Origin: an uncultured delta proteobacterium
GTDB taxonomy: Bacteria; Desulfobacterota; Desulfomonilia; Desulfomonilales; Desulfomonilaceae
Direction of reading: 5' to 3'
Assembly: GCA_963789265.1 (NCBI GenBank)
Contig: CAWBKB010000001.1
Coordinates: 512,001-576,000 of the forward strand
DNA: 64,000 nucleotides
Under the pieces are notes generated by a model that was given only the letters and a program-made list of their open reading frames with translations, was not told the DNA's origin and did not search any database. Both the position numbers and the translations under genes were made by a program. Shown piece after piece: positions 49,506-60,294 of this stretch. Positions within the stretch are counted from its first letter, which is position 1. Every line of letters starts with the position of its first letter.

Positions 49506-50315
49506 TTCTCCGAGTCCGCAAGTAGAGGGGGGGTGAAGCTGTAAGGGGGCCAGGGACCGGAACACTCGAAGAAGAGACCCCTGATATTGCAGCGAGCATT
49601 GGTTTGCTCTACCCGGTTGAGAAAATCCGGCACGAAAGAAACGATCCACGAGAAAAGCCCAATTGAGTACCGTCTGCTTGTCGCCTTCCCCCGAGCCCAG
49701 GCCGACAATTTTGCGTTGCCGGCAACCAGTCGAACAGGAGATTAGTTCATCCGACACGGCCTTGCACGCTTCTCTCACCCAGCCGGCAAGTTCTTTTTCT
49801 GCTTCCGCGTGTATCTGGCGCTCCTTGAAATACCGCATCCCCGGGTTCAAAGAAGAAAGGGTATCGGAGACCTCGCAAATCTTGTCAGCGACCATTGCCT
49901 TCAATGCCTCGGCCTTGGAGAGGCATGCCTTGACAGCCCATTCCTCGCCGTTAGCAACGCTGTCCAAAAACCCTCTAATTGTTGCAAGGTTGCTATTTAC
50001 AACGCGTTCAAGGGCTTCCATCGAGGAAAAAAGACTTCCGAACCTGGCGGGGAGCACCGGCGAGTGTGACATCACTTCTTCGATGACTTGCTCGTGGCGA
50101 ACCGCTCGGGGCCCCACCCATGCCAAGTCTTGCAGCTTCGCTTCTGCGGAAGAACCGGAAAACTCGTGCGCCGGCACTTCGCAGACTACGGCCGTAACAT
50201 TGGAGATGTCTTTGGCTTCCAGCATTTCGGTGCCGTTTATCCCCGTTCCCTCGATCGGAGGGACGAGTCCGCCACGGGCTAAGCAAAAAAGATAGAGGGC
50301 GCTTGTCATACTCAT
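49502..50315 (-). CDS. GvpL/GvpF family gas vesicle protein; frameshift near 49640 falsely fuses it to the next gene
   Basis: LYLFCL, PVLPARFGSLF, LNWAFLV; alternative frame gives SGPWPPYSF and an ATGA overlap at 49502-49505. Confidence 0.88.
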
Positions 50316-52468
50316 TCCCCACCCAGTTCGGCCAAAGCCTCTTGAATGTCAGATTGTCTGATCAAAAGGGTTATCTCTCTATCCGGATCATGCTTGAGAC
50401 TGTTTACTGCGCGCCTGACAGCCGACAAGGCCGCTCGGTTGCACGCAGCCGCAATTTCAGCTCCACTAAATCCTTCGGTGCGTGTTGCAAGCTCTGCCGG
50501 GTCAATGCCGCTTTCGAGAGGTTTGTTTCGGAGATGGACTCGGAAGATTTCCTCGCGATCCTTCTCGTTGGGCATCGTCATCTCGATTACTTCGTCGAAC
50601 CTGCCGGGTCTTAAGACCGCCGGGTCCAGCATGTCCAAGCGATTAGTAGCCCCCAGCACCAGCACGCCTGCAAGCTCTTCTACCCCGTCGAATTCCGCCA
50701 GGAACTGACTCAGCACTCTTTCCGCGACATGTGAATCGCTTGATACACCGCTTCTAACGGGCACCAGAGCGTCGATTTCATCGAAAAAAATGATGCACGG
50801 AGAAGCTTGCCTTGCCTTACGGAACACCTCTCGCACTGCCTGCTCGGACTCACCTACATACATTGAGAGGAGAGCGGGACCTTTCACGGATATGAAATTG
50901 ACCTTGCTTTCGTTGGCGATTGCCTTGGCTAGAAGAGTTTTGCCGCAACCAGGGGGACCTCCCAGCAAGATCCCCTTGGGCGCCTTTGTGCCCGCCTGTT
51001 CGAAAATGTGCGGGTACTGCAACGGCCATTCCACAGCTTCCGTAAGCCTGGTCTTCAAGTCAGCGTGCCCGCCGACGTCCTCCCAGCGAACATCCGGAAT
51101 CTCGACAAATACCTCTCTTATCGCAGACGGTTCGACTTCGGACAGAGCACTGACGAAATCGTTCATGTGAACTTCAAGCTTCGCAAGCTCCTCATAAGGA
51201 ATGCTGGCTGCCGCAAAATCAATGTCCGGCATGATGCGACGCAGACACAGCATGGCCGCTTCACGGCACAAGGCTTCCAAGTCAGCCCCCACAAAACCGT
51301 GCGTTATTTCCGCTAAGTGATTCATGTCTACGTCGGCCGCTAGTGGCATGCCTCGGCTGTGGATCTCCAAAATCTCCAGGCGACCGTACCGATCCGGTAT
51401 GGGAATGGCGATCTCCCTGTCGAACCTTCCCGGTCGCCGTAGGGCCGGGTCGAGAGCATTAGGAATATTTGTGGCGGCAATCACGATCACGTTCTGACGT
51501 CTGGTCAAGCCGTCCATCAGCGCCAGTAGTTGTGCTACAACCCTCTTCTCGACATCTCCGACCACCTTCTCTCTTCTCGGGGCTATGGCGTCAATCTCGT
51601 CGAGGAAGACAATGCTCGGCCCTTTTTGAGTTGCATCTGCAAAAATCTTTCTCAAATGAGCTTCGCTCTCCCCATAGAACTTGTGCACAACTTCAGGCCC
51701 GCTGACTGAAAAGAAGTTCGCCTCCGTTTCATTTGCAATGGAGCGGGCAATAAGCGTTTTGCCACATCCTGGAGGCCCATGAAGCAGAACCCCTTTTGGA
51801 GCATCAATACCAAGGCGCTCGAAAACTTCCGGATAGCGCAGAGGCAGCTCGATCATCTCTCGTATGCGGTGCAACTGATGTTTAAGGCCACCGATGTCTT
51901 CGTACGAAAGCGCCCCGGGTTTACCGCCATTTTCGGTACTTCCAATGACGAGCTGCGTGGTGGGAACAATTAGCACTGAATCCTTGGGTATGGTGCTCGC
52001 AACCTTGAAATCGGCAGACCGACTGCCAAAGAGCGTGGCTCGTATCAAGTCGCCTCCCACGACAGGCAAGCCGTCCAGTAGACCGCCGATGTACTTAAGG
52101 TCACGTTCTGACGGCGTGACGTTGGTGGGGGCCAGGACCACACGTTCAGCCGGGCGGCAGGAGATCTTCCGAACGACGACATTTTCGTCCAAGCCTGCTT
52201 TGGCATTCTGTCTGGACAATCCATCCAGTTGTATCCTGGATTGTCCCCTCAACTCCCTGTAAGCGGGCATGGCTTTGCAGACGGTCGTGCGTTTTCCCAC
52301 GATCTCTACGATGTCACCTATCGAAGCACTCAACTTTTCCAGGTCTTCCGGGCCCATGCGAGCGTAGGCTCGGCCCACGTCCTTGCCAAGCGCCTCGGTC
52401 ACCTTCAGTTTTATTGCGGATAGATCTTTCTTTGGCATTTGTATTTCACCGGCATCTAATAGAGGCAC
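50312..52468 (-). CDS. CDC48/VCP-family AAA ATPase
   Basis: N-domain, two AAA modules (GPPGCGKT twice), [11 protein letters not shown]. Confidence 0.94.
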   Translation of the reverse strand: MPLLDAGEIQMPKKDLSAIKLKVTEALGKDVGRAYARMGPEDLEKLSASIGDIVEIVGKRTTVCKAMPAYRELRGQSRIQLDGLSRQNAKAGLDENVVVRKISCRPAERVVLAPTNVTPSERDLKYIGGLLDGLPVVGGDLIRATLFGSRSADFKVASTIPKDSVLIVPTTQLVIGSTENGGKPGALSYEDIGGLKHQLHRIREMIELPLRYPEVFERLGIDAPKGVLLHGPPGCGKTLIARSIANETEANFFSVSGPEVVHKFYGESEAHLRKIFADATQKGPSIVFLDEIDAIAPRREKVVGDVEKRVVAQLLALMDGLTRRQNVIVIAATNIPNALDPALRRPGRFDREIAIPIPDRYGRLEILEIHSRGMPLAADVDMNHLAEITHGFVGADLEALCREAAMLCLRRIMPDIDFAAASIPYEELAKLEVHMNDFVSALSEVEPSAIREVFVEIPDVRWEDVGGHADLKTRLTEAVEWPLQYPHIFEQAGTKAPKGILLGGPPGCGKTLLAKAIANESKVNFISVKGPALLSMYVGESEQAVREVFRKARQASPCIIFFDEIDALVPVRSGVSSDSHVAERVLSQFLAEFDGVEELAGVLVLGATNRLDMLDPAVLRPGRFDEVIEMTMPNEKDREEIFRVHLRNKPLESGIDPAELATRTEGFSGAEIAAACNRAALSAVRRAVNSLKHDPDREITLLIRQSDIQEALAELGGE

Positions 52469-52962
52469 TTGATCTCAAGTATTCCATTGTTGCATGAAAC
52501 GACCATGTTTTCTCTGGCCACTACTCTGGGCAACAAAACTTCCTTTTGGTATGTCTTGTCCCCTCTTTTAGCGGATATTGACAGCACATCATCTTTCAGA
52601 TCGAGTTTCAGATCCCCATCGCTTATCCCCGGCATTTCAACGATTATGAGGGCATGGTCCTCCTCTTCAAAGATGTCCACCAGAGGCTCACGGATTTCTT
52701 GAACCACGGTTCTTCCTGACTCGGCGTCTTTCTTGATATTTCCAAACGGCTCCACTTCCAATTTGTCGTCGCCCAAACCTACTTTCACGTTGAAGCCGTA
52801 TACTCCCTTGAATTGCTTTCCCAGCCCGGGGATCTCTCCTGTCCCGGACATTTTCTTACCAGTCTCGGCAAGCTCATCAAGTTTTTCGATCAAATCAGTC
52901 AGCCCGCTCAAAAAGCCTCCAAGCCCTCCGCCGCCACCTGTACCTTTATTTTTTTTGGCCAT
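52456..52962 (-). CDS. Hsp20/alpha-crystallin family protein (GvpH-like)
   Basis: GVYGFNVKVG, REPLVDIFEE, EMPGI, NNGILEI. Confidence 0.9.
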   Translation of the reverse strand: MAKKNKGTGGGGGLGGFLSGLTDLIEKLDELAETGKKMSGTGEIPGLGKQFKGVYGFNVKVGLGDDKLEVEPFGNIKKDAESGRTVVQEIREPLVDIFEEEDHALIIVEMPGISDGDLKLDLKDDVLSISAKRGDKTYQKEVLLPRVVARENMVVSCNNGILEIKCLY

Positions 52963-54376
52963 CCTGCTCCTCCGGATAGAACTTGATCCCGTACTGTTTC
53001 ACCTTGGAATGCATGGTTTTGTAATCTACTTGCAATAACCGGGCCGCTTCCGCTTTGTTGCCCCTGGTTTTTCTGATTGCCCACCCCAGCACACGACGCT
53101 CCAAATCGACTGAGGTTCTCCGGATGATCTCCTTGAGCGGGAGACCCTCCCAATCCGAATCCTCGGCGGATGAGGTTTCCGACGGACCAATGGGCTTCAG
53201 ACCATCAAGGACAAGATGCTCAGGCTGAATCAGGTTTTCCGCCTGAAGCACGGCCCGTCTTACCGCAGCTCGCAACTGCCGAACGTTCCCGGGCCATCGG
53301 TGGTCTAACAAGATCTGCAAAGCAGAATCCGAAAAACCTTTGATCTTTTTGTTGAGTTCCGTGTTCGTGGCTCTGACGAATCTGTTGGACAGGTGCAGAA
53401 TATCTTCTTTGCGTTCTCGCAATGATGGAATGAGGACGGTGAATTCGCTCAAACGATACAGCAGGTCTCTACTAAACTTGCCCTGCGATACCGCGGTGTT
53501 CAAATCCTGATTAGTGGCGACCAACAGACGGACATCCACCGTCACCGGCTCTCGACCTCCAACGCGAAAGAAAGTCCGCTCCTGAATGGCCCGAAGCAGC
53601 TTGGTCTGGCAACTGAGGGGCATGTTGGCAATTTCGTCCAGAAATAAAGTGCCTTCTTGGGCCATTTCAAACTTTCCGGGTCGGCGCGAGTTTGCTCCTG
53701 TGAAAGCGCCCTTTTCATGGCCGAACAGTTCACTCTCGAACAGAGTTTCCGGGATGGCCCCGCAATCAAGCGGGACGAGTGCCGTTGCATGTCTGTTGCT
53801 TGCCGTATGAATTGCACGTGCGACCAGTTCCTTACCGGTGCCGGTTTCACCCTGAATTACGACTGTAAAATTGGAGGCTGCGACGAGTCTTACGTCCGAG
53901 ATAATCTTTCGCACGGCATCGCTGGGTCCCATGATTTCTTCCAAACGAAGCATCGTGGACTGTCCTGTGCCGATGCCTGATGCGGATTTCTTCGGCTTGG
54001 CTTTTCTGTTCAAGATCGCTCTTCGAATCTTATCGATGAGTTCATGGTTGTTGAGCGGCTTGGCCAGATAATCGACGGCCCCCTCTCTCATTGCTTGCAC
54101 AGCACCATGTAGGCCGCCGTACGCTGTAATCATGAGCACCGGAAGATCGGGATCGATTTTCTTGGCTCTCCTCAATACTTCCATGCCGTCCAGCCCCGGC
54201 ATTTTCACGTCCAGGAGCAATGCGTCGGGCATACCCACTCTGACCATTTCAAGGGCTGTTTCACCGTCGTGAGCCACCAGTGGTGCGAACCCTTCTTTCC
54301 TGATGACGTGGAATAGGATCTCGGAAAAGTCTTTTTCATCATCAACAATGAGAATACGTGCCTCGCTTGTTGACAT
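52946..54376 (-). CDS. Sigma54-dependent response regulator (NtrC family)
   Basis: REC, GETGTGKE, ESELFGHEKGAFTGA, WPGNVRQL, HTH. Confidence 0.96.
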   Translation of the reverse strand: MSTSEARILIVDDEKDFSEILFHVIRKEGFAPLVAHDGETALEMVRVGMPDALLLDVKMPGLDGMEVLRRAKKIDPDLPVLMITAYGGLHGAVQAMREGAVDYLAKPLNNHELIDKIRRAILNRKAKPKKSASGIGTGQSTMLRLEEIMGPSDAVRKIISDVRLVAASNFTVVIQGETGTGKELVARAIHTASNRHATALVPLDCGAIPETLFESELFGHEKGAFTGANSRRPGKFEMAQEGTLFLDEIANMPLSCQTKLLRAIQERTFFRVGGREPVTVDVRLLVATNQDLNTAVSQGKFSRDLLYRLSEFTVLIPSLRERKEDILHLSNRFVRATNTELNKKIKGFSDSALQILLDHRWPGNVRQLRAAVRRAVLQAENLIQPEHLVLDGLKPIGPSETSSAEDSDWEGLPLKEIIRRTSVDLERRVLGWAIRKTRGNKAEAARLLQVDYKTMHSKVKQYGIKFYPEEQDGQKK

Positions 54377-54434
54377 TTACTCCCTCTCTAATCTGACCGA
54401 CGAGACGCGCTCGGAATCGGTCATCGGTGAGGAT

Positions 54435-55068
54435 TTAGTTGGTCCGGCTCTGGTGCCTGACAGGTGTATGTATCGGATAAACCAGTTGAATATCCTTATC
54501 TAACCACGGCTCCAGCGAGTGCAGCATGCCAAGGAAGACTATGCCCACTTCTTCCGGCCCCAGTGTCGCGTTGATACGTTTGGCGATAAAGTTGTCACGT
54601 TTTCTGAGGATCGACGCGCCCACGGAATTTTTCGGTCGAAGGGTTCGAGTCGATTCCGCTCTCAGCATTCTCTTCACGTGATCGTACTCCTCCAAAAGAA
54701 GTTCATGGGATTCGGTCCCCGTGAGCGTTGCCCCTCCGTTGACGAGGCGGAGAAGTAAAGCGTGATTACGGCTGCCTGACTTGGCAAGTTCAGCAACTAT
54801 TTCAGACTCTCTCCCGCAAACCGGCAACCCATCTTGATAGATCCGAACACGATTCAAAGGGAGAGACAACTCGTCGATAACTTTTTCGATCTCTGTCCAA
54901 TACTTGTCGATCAGAGTGATCTTCCGATTCAATCCGAATCGACCGAGTTTCTTTAGCGACTCTCTTCTCACCTGGTCCTTGAGCGCGCCCATGTCGGCCT
55001 GGGTGTGTACCTATAGGAATAGATATCAGCGTTCGCGTGGAAGACTTGGGTTTGACGGATTCGTTCAT
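54435..55068 (-). CDS. Conserved-looking hypothetical protein, +1 frameshift near 55010
   Basis: Removing one base gives TLISIPIVHTQADMG..; IYQDGLPVCG, RDNFIAKRI, FLGMLH. Confidence 0.7.
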
Positions 55069-56128
55069 TCTTATGTCCCGACTGTCTATCTCCAGAACTA
55101 TGGAATTGCCTCCATAGCATCTATGCCACAATTATGTATTTTGTTCCATATAAGCCTACCCAACGCGGTGGCAAAAGGAATTTCCGGTATTGATACCCAC
55201 ATGAAATGAACGTAGCGAGCTGTCTTATCCTTACGAATTCGGAAATACTGTCAATCGCGAACACGGTTCTCGCCGTAATCCCTCAGTTACGGGCGGCAAA
55301 TGATTGTCATTGCGAGTCCTGCGCCCCGCAGAAAAGCAATCTCATTGACGGGACCGTGCCGCGCGGAATGCGGGATTGCCGGTCATTCGTTATCGCGGAC
55401 CTCAACTGGGGCGAGTAGGGGCGGACCCATGTGTCTGCCCCTACAGTGGATTCCCGCGCGACGCGGGATTTCACTCCTCGAGATGACAGGGACCCGATAT
55501 TTCCCCGCGTGACTAAATGGTGGCGTTCTCGACAGCAGCCGTGGCCGACCAATGGCACGACTTTGGACGGAGGGATCATGTGTATGCTCTGTTTCCGGAT
55601 CTTGGCAAAAGTAAAGCCCCGGTTAAGCCTAAACTGGGGGGGAGACGAGGAGTCCGGGGCTTTTCGCAAAAGTTTTTTCGAAGAAATATGTCTGACCAAT
55701 CGATTACTAGCTGCGATTTGCGGATGATCCACCTTGCCTGATGCGTCCTTTGTGTGTAACAGGCTGATAAATGCCGCTAATTGGTCGGCCTGCTTAGGCA
55801 AACCCATCTTGGGCCTCAAACAGTATGAAGCGTCCCGCAAATCCGGGATGCTTCGCCCGATTCCTTTGCAAAGGGGGCCGCAGAGCCTGGGGGCAGAATC
55901 TGCGGCCAACAAAACTGGGAATGAACCCGACAAAGAGATGGCTATGCCGAACATTGTTGCATGGACCATGCCACAATTGCACCATTCGGCTGACGATTCA
56001 CGTCCTGACAAATGATTTGCTCGCCGACGATTGGGCTCCTATAATGAGATGATATCCACAGGAATCAATTTGCTGTTCAACTCACGCCGAGTGGAACCCT
56101 GACAGCACGAAACGAAAGACATTGATCC

Positions 56129-57373
56129 ATGAGTGATGTTAAGGCATTATCCGTTCAAGACCAAAAGCTGGCGGACAAAGCCCTGTCCACGGAACAACTG
56201 CTGAGCTACGCTCGAGACCTCGCAGAAGTGTTTCAGGCCGAACGAGCGAGGCGTGAAGCCCTGGAAGATGCCAACAAGAAGCTGGAAACCGAGATCTCCG
56301 AGCGTGAGAAAGCTCAAGAGCAACTAGCTGAAAGTGAAGAGCGATATCGAACCTTGTTCGAGGAATCTCGGGATGCAATTTATATCGCGGATGGCGAAGG
56401 CAGATTTATAGACGTGAACCCGTCTTTCCTGGAACTTTTTGCCTGCACCAGGGCGGACGTCGTGGGCGGTGCTCCCGCGAAGTTCGTCGATCCTGCAATG
56501 TGGCAAGAATTTCAGAAAGAGGTGGAGGTAAACGGCTCTGTCAAGGATCACGCTGTGCGATGGCACAAAAAAGACGGCACGATTATGGAGTGCCTTATAA
56601 CAGCTACCCTTCTGCGGGCGGAGGATGGAAGTATTTCAAGGCGCCAAGGAATTATCCGTGATGTCACCGAGCTGAAGCTTTCTCAAGAGGTCTTGCAGCA
56701 TGCCAAAAAGATGGATGCCCTGAGCAATTTAGCCGGCGGCATAGCGCATGAGATTCGAAATCCTTTGGCCATATCTTCTTCGGCTGCCCAGCTTTTGATG
56801 GATGATGATGTTCCCGAGGCTCTTCGAAAAAACTGCGCACGAAAGATTGTGCTGGGGATACAACGAGCATCGGTAATTATAGAGAACTTATTGACTTTGG
56901 CCAAAACCTCTTCGGAATTCGAAATGACGGCCTTAAACCTTGTTCCGTTGGTACGGGAATTGGAGAGGTCGATTTTAAACCATGCAAGAGATCAGGGTGT
57001 TGAACTCGTCTTCGCATACCACCCCGAAGCCTTGCTGGTGAACGGTAACCCCTTGTTACTAAAACAGGCACTTATGAATCTTTTCATGAATGCGTTCGCG
57101 GCCATGAAAGATATCGGAGGAACACTGACCACGAGTGTGGGAAGAAATGGTGAGCATGCCTCGATAACTGTTTCGGACACGGGCCACGGCATATTGCACG
57201 AGCATCTGGACAAGGTGTTCGATCCTTTCTTCACGAAATCGTCGTGGGGAAAGGGGGCCGGACTGGGGCTATCCACAAGTTATTCCATTGTGAAGCAACA
57301 CTCCGGCCATATTCGAGTTTCCAGCACACCGGGCAAAGGGTCTACCTTTACGGTGAGCTTGCCCTTGGGGTGA
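56129..57373 (+). CDS. PAS histidine kinase
   Basis: QLLSYARDL coiled coil, PAS, GGIAHEIRNPL, GAGLGL. Confidence 0.92.
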   Translation: MSDVKALSVQDQKLADKALSTEQLLSYARDLAEVFQAERARREALEDANKKLETEISEREKAQEQLAESEERYRTLFEESRDAIYIADGEGRFIDVNPSFLELFACTRADVVGGAPAKFVDPAMWQEFQKEVEVNGSVKDHAVRWHKKDGTIMECLITATLLRAEDGSISRRQGIIRDVTELKLSQEVLQHAKKMDALSNLAGGIAHEIRNPLAISSSAAQLLMDDDVPEALRKNCARKIVLGIQRASVIIENLLTLAKTSSEFEMTALNLVPLVRELERSILNHARDQGVELVFAYHPEALLVNGNPLLLKQALMNLFMNAFAAMKDIGGTLTTSVGRNGEHASITVSDTGHGILHEHLDKVFDPFFTKSSWGKGAGLGLSTSYSIVKQHSGHIRVSSTPGKGSTFTVSLPLG

Positions 57374-57516
57374 TCTCTTCATCGTGGCAACGATCGTTGA
57401 TGAAACCTGTGAAGTCGCCGGTTTACAGTAGGGTGGGCATCTTGCCCGCCATCAAGAATCGACGAGTGAGAGGCCCATCCTACTGGGAGCGGGTGATCTC
57501 TTCATCGTGGCAACGA
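57368..57516. repeat. 26 bp direct repeat flanking a REP hairpin
   Basis: GGGTGATCTCTTCATCGTGGCAACGA at 57368-57393 and 57491-57516. Confidence 0.8.
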
Positions 57517-57574
57517 CTTTGCTGACGAACCCCTTCGAGTCGTCAAAGCCTATTAGTAAGAGTGCGAATAGAGA

Positions 57575-59728
57575 GTGATCATGCGTGACGAAGATCTGAC
57601 GAGCTTTCGGCCGATGCCGGCAAGAAATGTCGATCCGGAGGGATGGACGGGCACCGAGACTATCGACCTTGACTCCCTTTTCACAAAGCACCTCACCTCT
57701 TCAGGGAGTTTCGATATTAGAGGAGGGATTTGGGCGACCACATTCGGTAAGGTTCTGCAAGCATTACCAATTCCCGCCTTGCTCATTGATGAATCCTATC
57801 GCGTCGTGGTTTCCAATCAGGCGTGTCTAAAAATCAGCCCCGGTTATGAGAAGATTCATGGCGAGCCTTTTGCCGCCCTCTTTGTCAATAATTCCGGTCC
57901 CCTTAAAGCTATATCGGTTGTTGAAGCGGTATTTGCTTCAAGAAAGCCGCGGGTTCTCGAATCTTACTTGGAGATTGAAGGAAACAGGATATGGGGCCGC
58001 GTAACTTTTCGGGCGATCAGGATAGCCGAGACGCGATTGATCTTGGCTCTTATCGAAGATTTGAGCCTCGAAAAAAAGCGCCGGCTTGAAGATAAGAAGC
58101 ACAAGGAAGAACTTGAGAAACTGGTCAAAGAGCGAACCTCCAAATTGGAGCGCGTAGCCGAACAATTGCGCTTGGAAATTATCGAGCGAAAGCAAGCGGA
58201 GGAGCGATTACGAAGAAGCAAAGAAACCATCGAGGCGCTTTTGAACGCCACGTCGGACATGGCATTTCTCTTAGGGGCTGACGGCACCTTTCTGGCTGCA
58301 AACGAACAGGTTGCCAAATGGTTTCGAACAGATGGTTCCGATCTTCTTGGTAAATCACTATTCGACCTGGCTCCGGCCGGCCTCGCCGGGGTTGAGAAAG
58401 CTCAATTTCACCAGGTAATTTTCTCCGGCAAGCCGCTCCGATTTCAAGCGGGGCAATTTGGAAAATTCTATGACAACAATTTCTATCCTGTCCTGGATTT
58501 TCTAGGGGCCGTCACCGCTGTGGCCGTATATATCAGAGACATTTCCGTGGAAAAAAAGACGAACGAGCTACTGATGCACTCCGCTCGAATCAAGGCTGTT
58601 GGAGATATGGCAAGCGGCGTGGCACACAATTTTAACAATCTGCTGCAGATTATGATGAATGCCGCGTATGAAGTCTTGGCGGACCTGGAATCAAACGAAA
58701 TTCCGGAAGCTCAATCTAAAATCAAAAGAATAATCAGAAGCGCCGCGGCCGGTGCAGACACGGTGAGGCGCCTCCAGGATTTCGCGCACGCGCGAACCGA
58801 CGATGCAGCGGTTAGCGGCAAGGTATTTGACCTCTCATCTACGGTGGAACAAACTATAGAAATCCTTAAGCCTTATTGGAAAACCAATCCTGAGAAACGT
58901 GGCACAAGAATTTTCTTGCAGCGGAATCTGAGCAAGGACTGCCTTGTAAGAGGCAAGGAAAACGAAATGTTCGAGGTCGTGGTAAACCTCGTCAAGAATG
59001 CAGTCGAAGCTTTGCCCAGGGGCGGAGAAATCCAAATCTCAACACACGTGGACAAAGATTATGTTCATCTGAGCGTTGAGGACAACGGCACCGGAATCGC
59101 TGAGGGAAATCTGGATAGAATATTTGAACCGTTTTGGAGCACCAAGGGCGTAGATGGCATGGGAATGGGCCTTGCCAGCAGTTACGGCATCGTTAGACGG
59201 CATGAGGGTGAAATATTTGCAGAAAGGACCCCGGACCAGCGTACCGTGTTCACAGTCAGGCTTCCCTTAGATAAGAGAGAGACCGAAGGGAAACCCCGGC
59301 CTCAAGAGCAACGTGGGCAGATCGTCTGCCGTATTCTCATAATAGACGACTCCGAGGATAGCGTGTGGGCGCTTCGAAACGGGCTAACGCGAGAAGGACA
59401 GCAAGTCTTGGCGTCCTTGTCCGGGCATCAAGGTATTGAAATCTTTAAGAATGAAAAGGTAGATGTCGTTATTTGCGATCTCGGTATGCCGGGGCTGAAC
59501 GGGTGGGACGTAGCAAAGGCTGTGAAGGAAATCTGTTTGGAAAGGGGTATCCCGAAACCACCCTTCATTCTTCTCACAGGTTGGGCCGGTTTGCTTCAGG
59601 AGAAGGCGAAATTATTGGAATGCGGCGTCGATTGCGTAGTAGAGAAGCCTTTTCTCGCCCAAAACCTTTTAGAAATTGTGAGAAATCTTTTGGGAGAGAA
59701 GGGCCAAGCTGAAGCTAACCCGAAATGA
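57575..59728 (+). CDS. Hybrid histidine kinase (2 PAS, HisKA, HATPase, REC)
   Basis: GVAHNFNNLL, GMGMGL, ICDLGMPG. Confidence 0.92.
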   Translation: MIMRDEDLTSFRPMPARNVDPEGWTGTETIDLDSLFTKHLTSSGSFDIRGGIWATTFGKVLQALPIPALLIDESYRVVVSNQACLKISPGYEKIHGEPFAALFVNNSGPLKAISVVEAVFASRKPRVLESYLEIEGNRIWGRVTFRAIRIAETRLILALIEDLSLEKKRRLEDKKHKEELEKLVKERTSKLERVAEQLRLEIIERKQAEERLRRSKETIEALLNATSDMAFLLGADGTFLAANEQVAKWFRTDGSDLLGKSLFDLAPAGLAGVEKAQFHQVIFSGKPLRFQAGQFGKFYDNNFYPVLDFLGAVTAVAVYIRDISVEKKTNELLMHSARIKAVGDMASGVAHNFNNLLQIMMNAAYEVLADLESNEIPEAQSKIKRIIRSAAAGADTVRRLQDFAHARTDDAAVSGKVFDLSSTVEQTIEILKPYWKTNPEKRGTRIFLQRNLSKDCLVRGKENEMFEVVVNLVKNAVEALPRGGEIQISTHVDKDYVHLSVEDNGTGIAEGNLDRIFEPFWSTKGVDGMGMGLASSYGIVRRHEGEIFAERTPDQRTVFTVRLPLDKRETEGKPRPQEQRGQIVCRILIIDDSEDSVWALRNGLTREGQQVLASLSGHQGIEIFKNEKVDVVICDLGMPGLNGWDVAKAVKEICLERGIPKPPFILLTGWAGLLQEKAKLLECGVDCVVEKPFLAQNLLEIVRNLLGEKGQAEANPK

Positions 59729-60294
59729 GCGAATTATATTGATGTAGGCTTTCGAAGCGCTCAATCTGCTGCCATCGCGTCACGATTTAGACCCGTTCCG
59801 CACATTAGGGACAATTTCTTGAAACCCGCCCCTACGCGAAACACGGTATCACCTGCATGAAAGCGAATAGGTCTCGTACCGAAAGCGCGCAACCACCTTC
59901 GAATTGATTCCAAGCTCGGAAATGACTGGTACAAATCGTGCATGTTCCCACGAGAGGCCCTCCGAGTTCTGTCTGCACATTTGTTGGGAACGCGTAAGCA
60001 GAAGCCAGCGTCTGTTCAAAGTCATAGGGCGAACAGCCGAGTCAGGGCGGGCACTTCAAATGACGTGGGGAGGGAGGCTGAACGGTGCCGTCAGCAATCA
60101 GAGGGGGCAATGATGGCTGAAGACGGCTAGACTTCATGCAGGCCGCGAATTTCAAAGGACGTTGTGCGCTTGGTGGGGTGAGCCGGCCCCGTGCTGCTCA
60201 AGTATGCCGACTGTTTCCGCTTGTTTTCGCTGCGAGACGTTAACGTGTTCGGCCCCTAGCTGCCGAAGGTTTTCCTCTCTCGAGAGAAAGTGCC

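Noticed and set aside
48765..50315. 516 aa tandem GvpL/F fusion in the ORF track
   Set aside because: A frameshift near 49640 explains it; the alternative frame restores GPWPPYSF and an ATGA overlap, so these are two genes
55796..55907. GEMM-like fragments (GGCAAACCC, GGGCCGCAGAGCC) upstream of the kinase at 56129
   Set aside because: The pieces do not assemble into the consensus structure by eye; an Rfam search would be needed
55307..56011. 234 aa minus-strand ORF
   Set aside because: It runs through REP-like repeats, with no recognisable motifs or RBS
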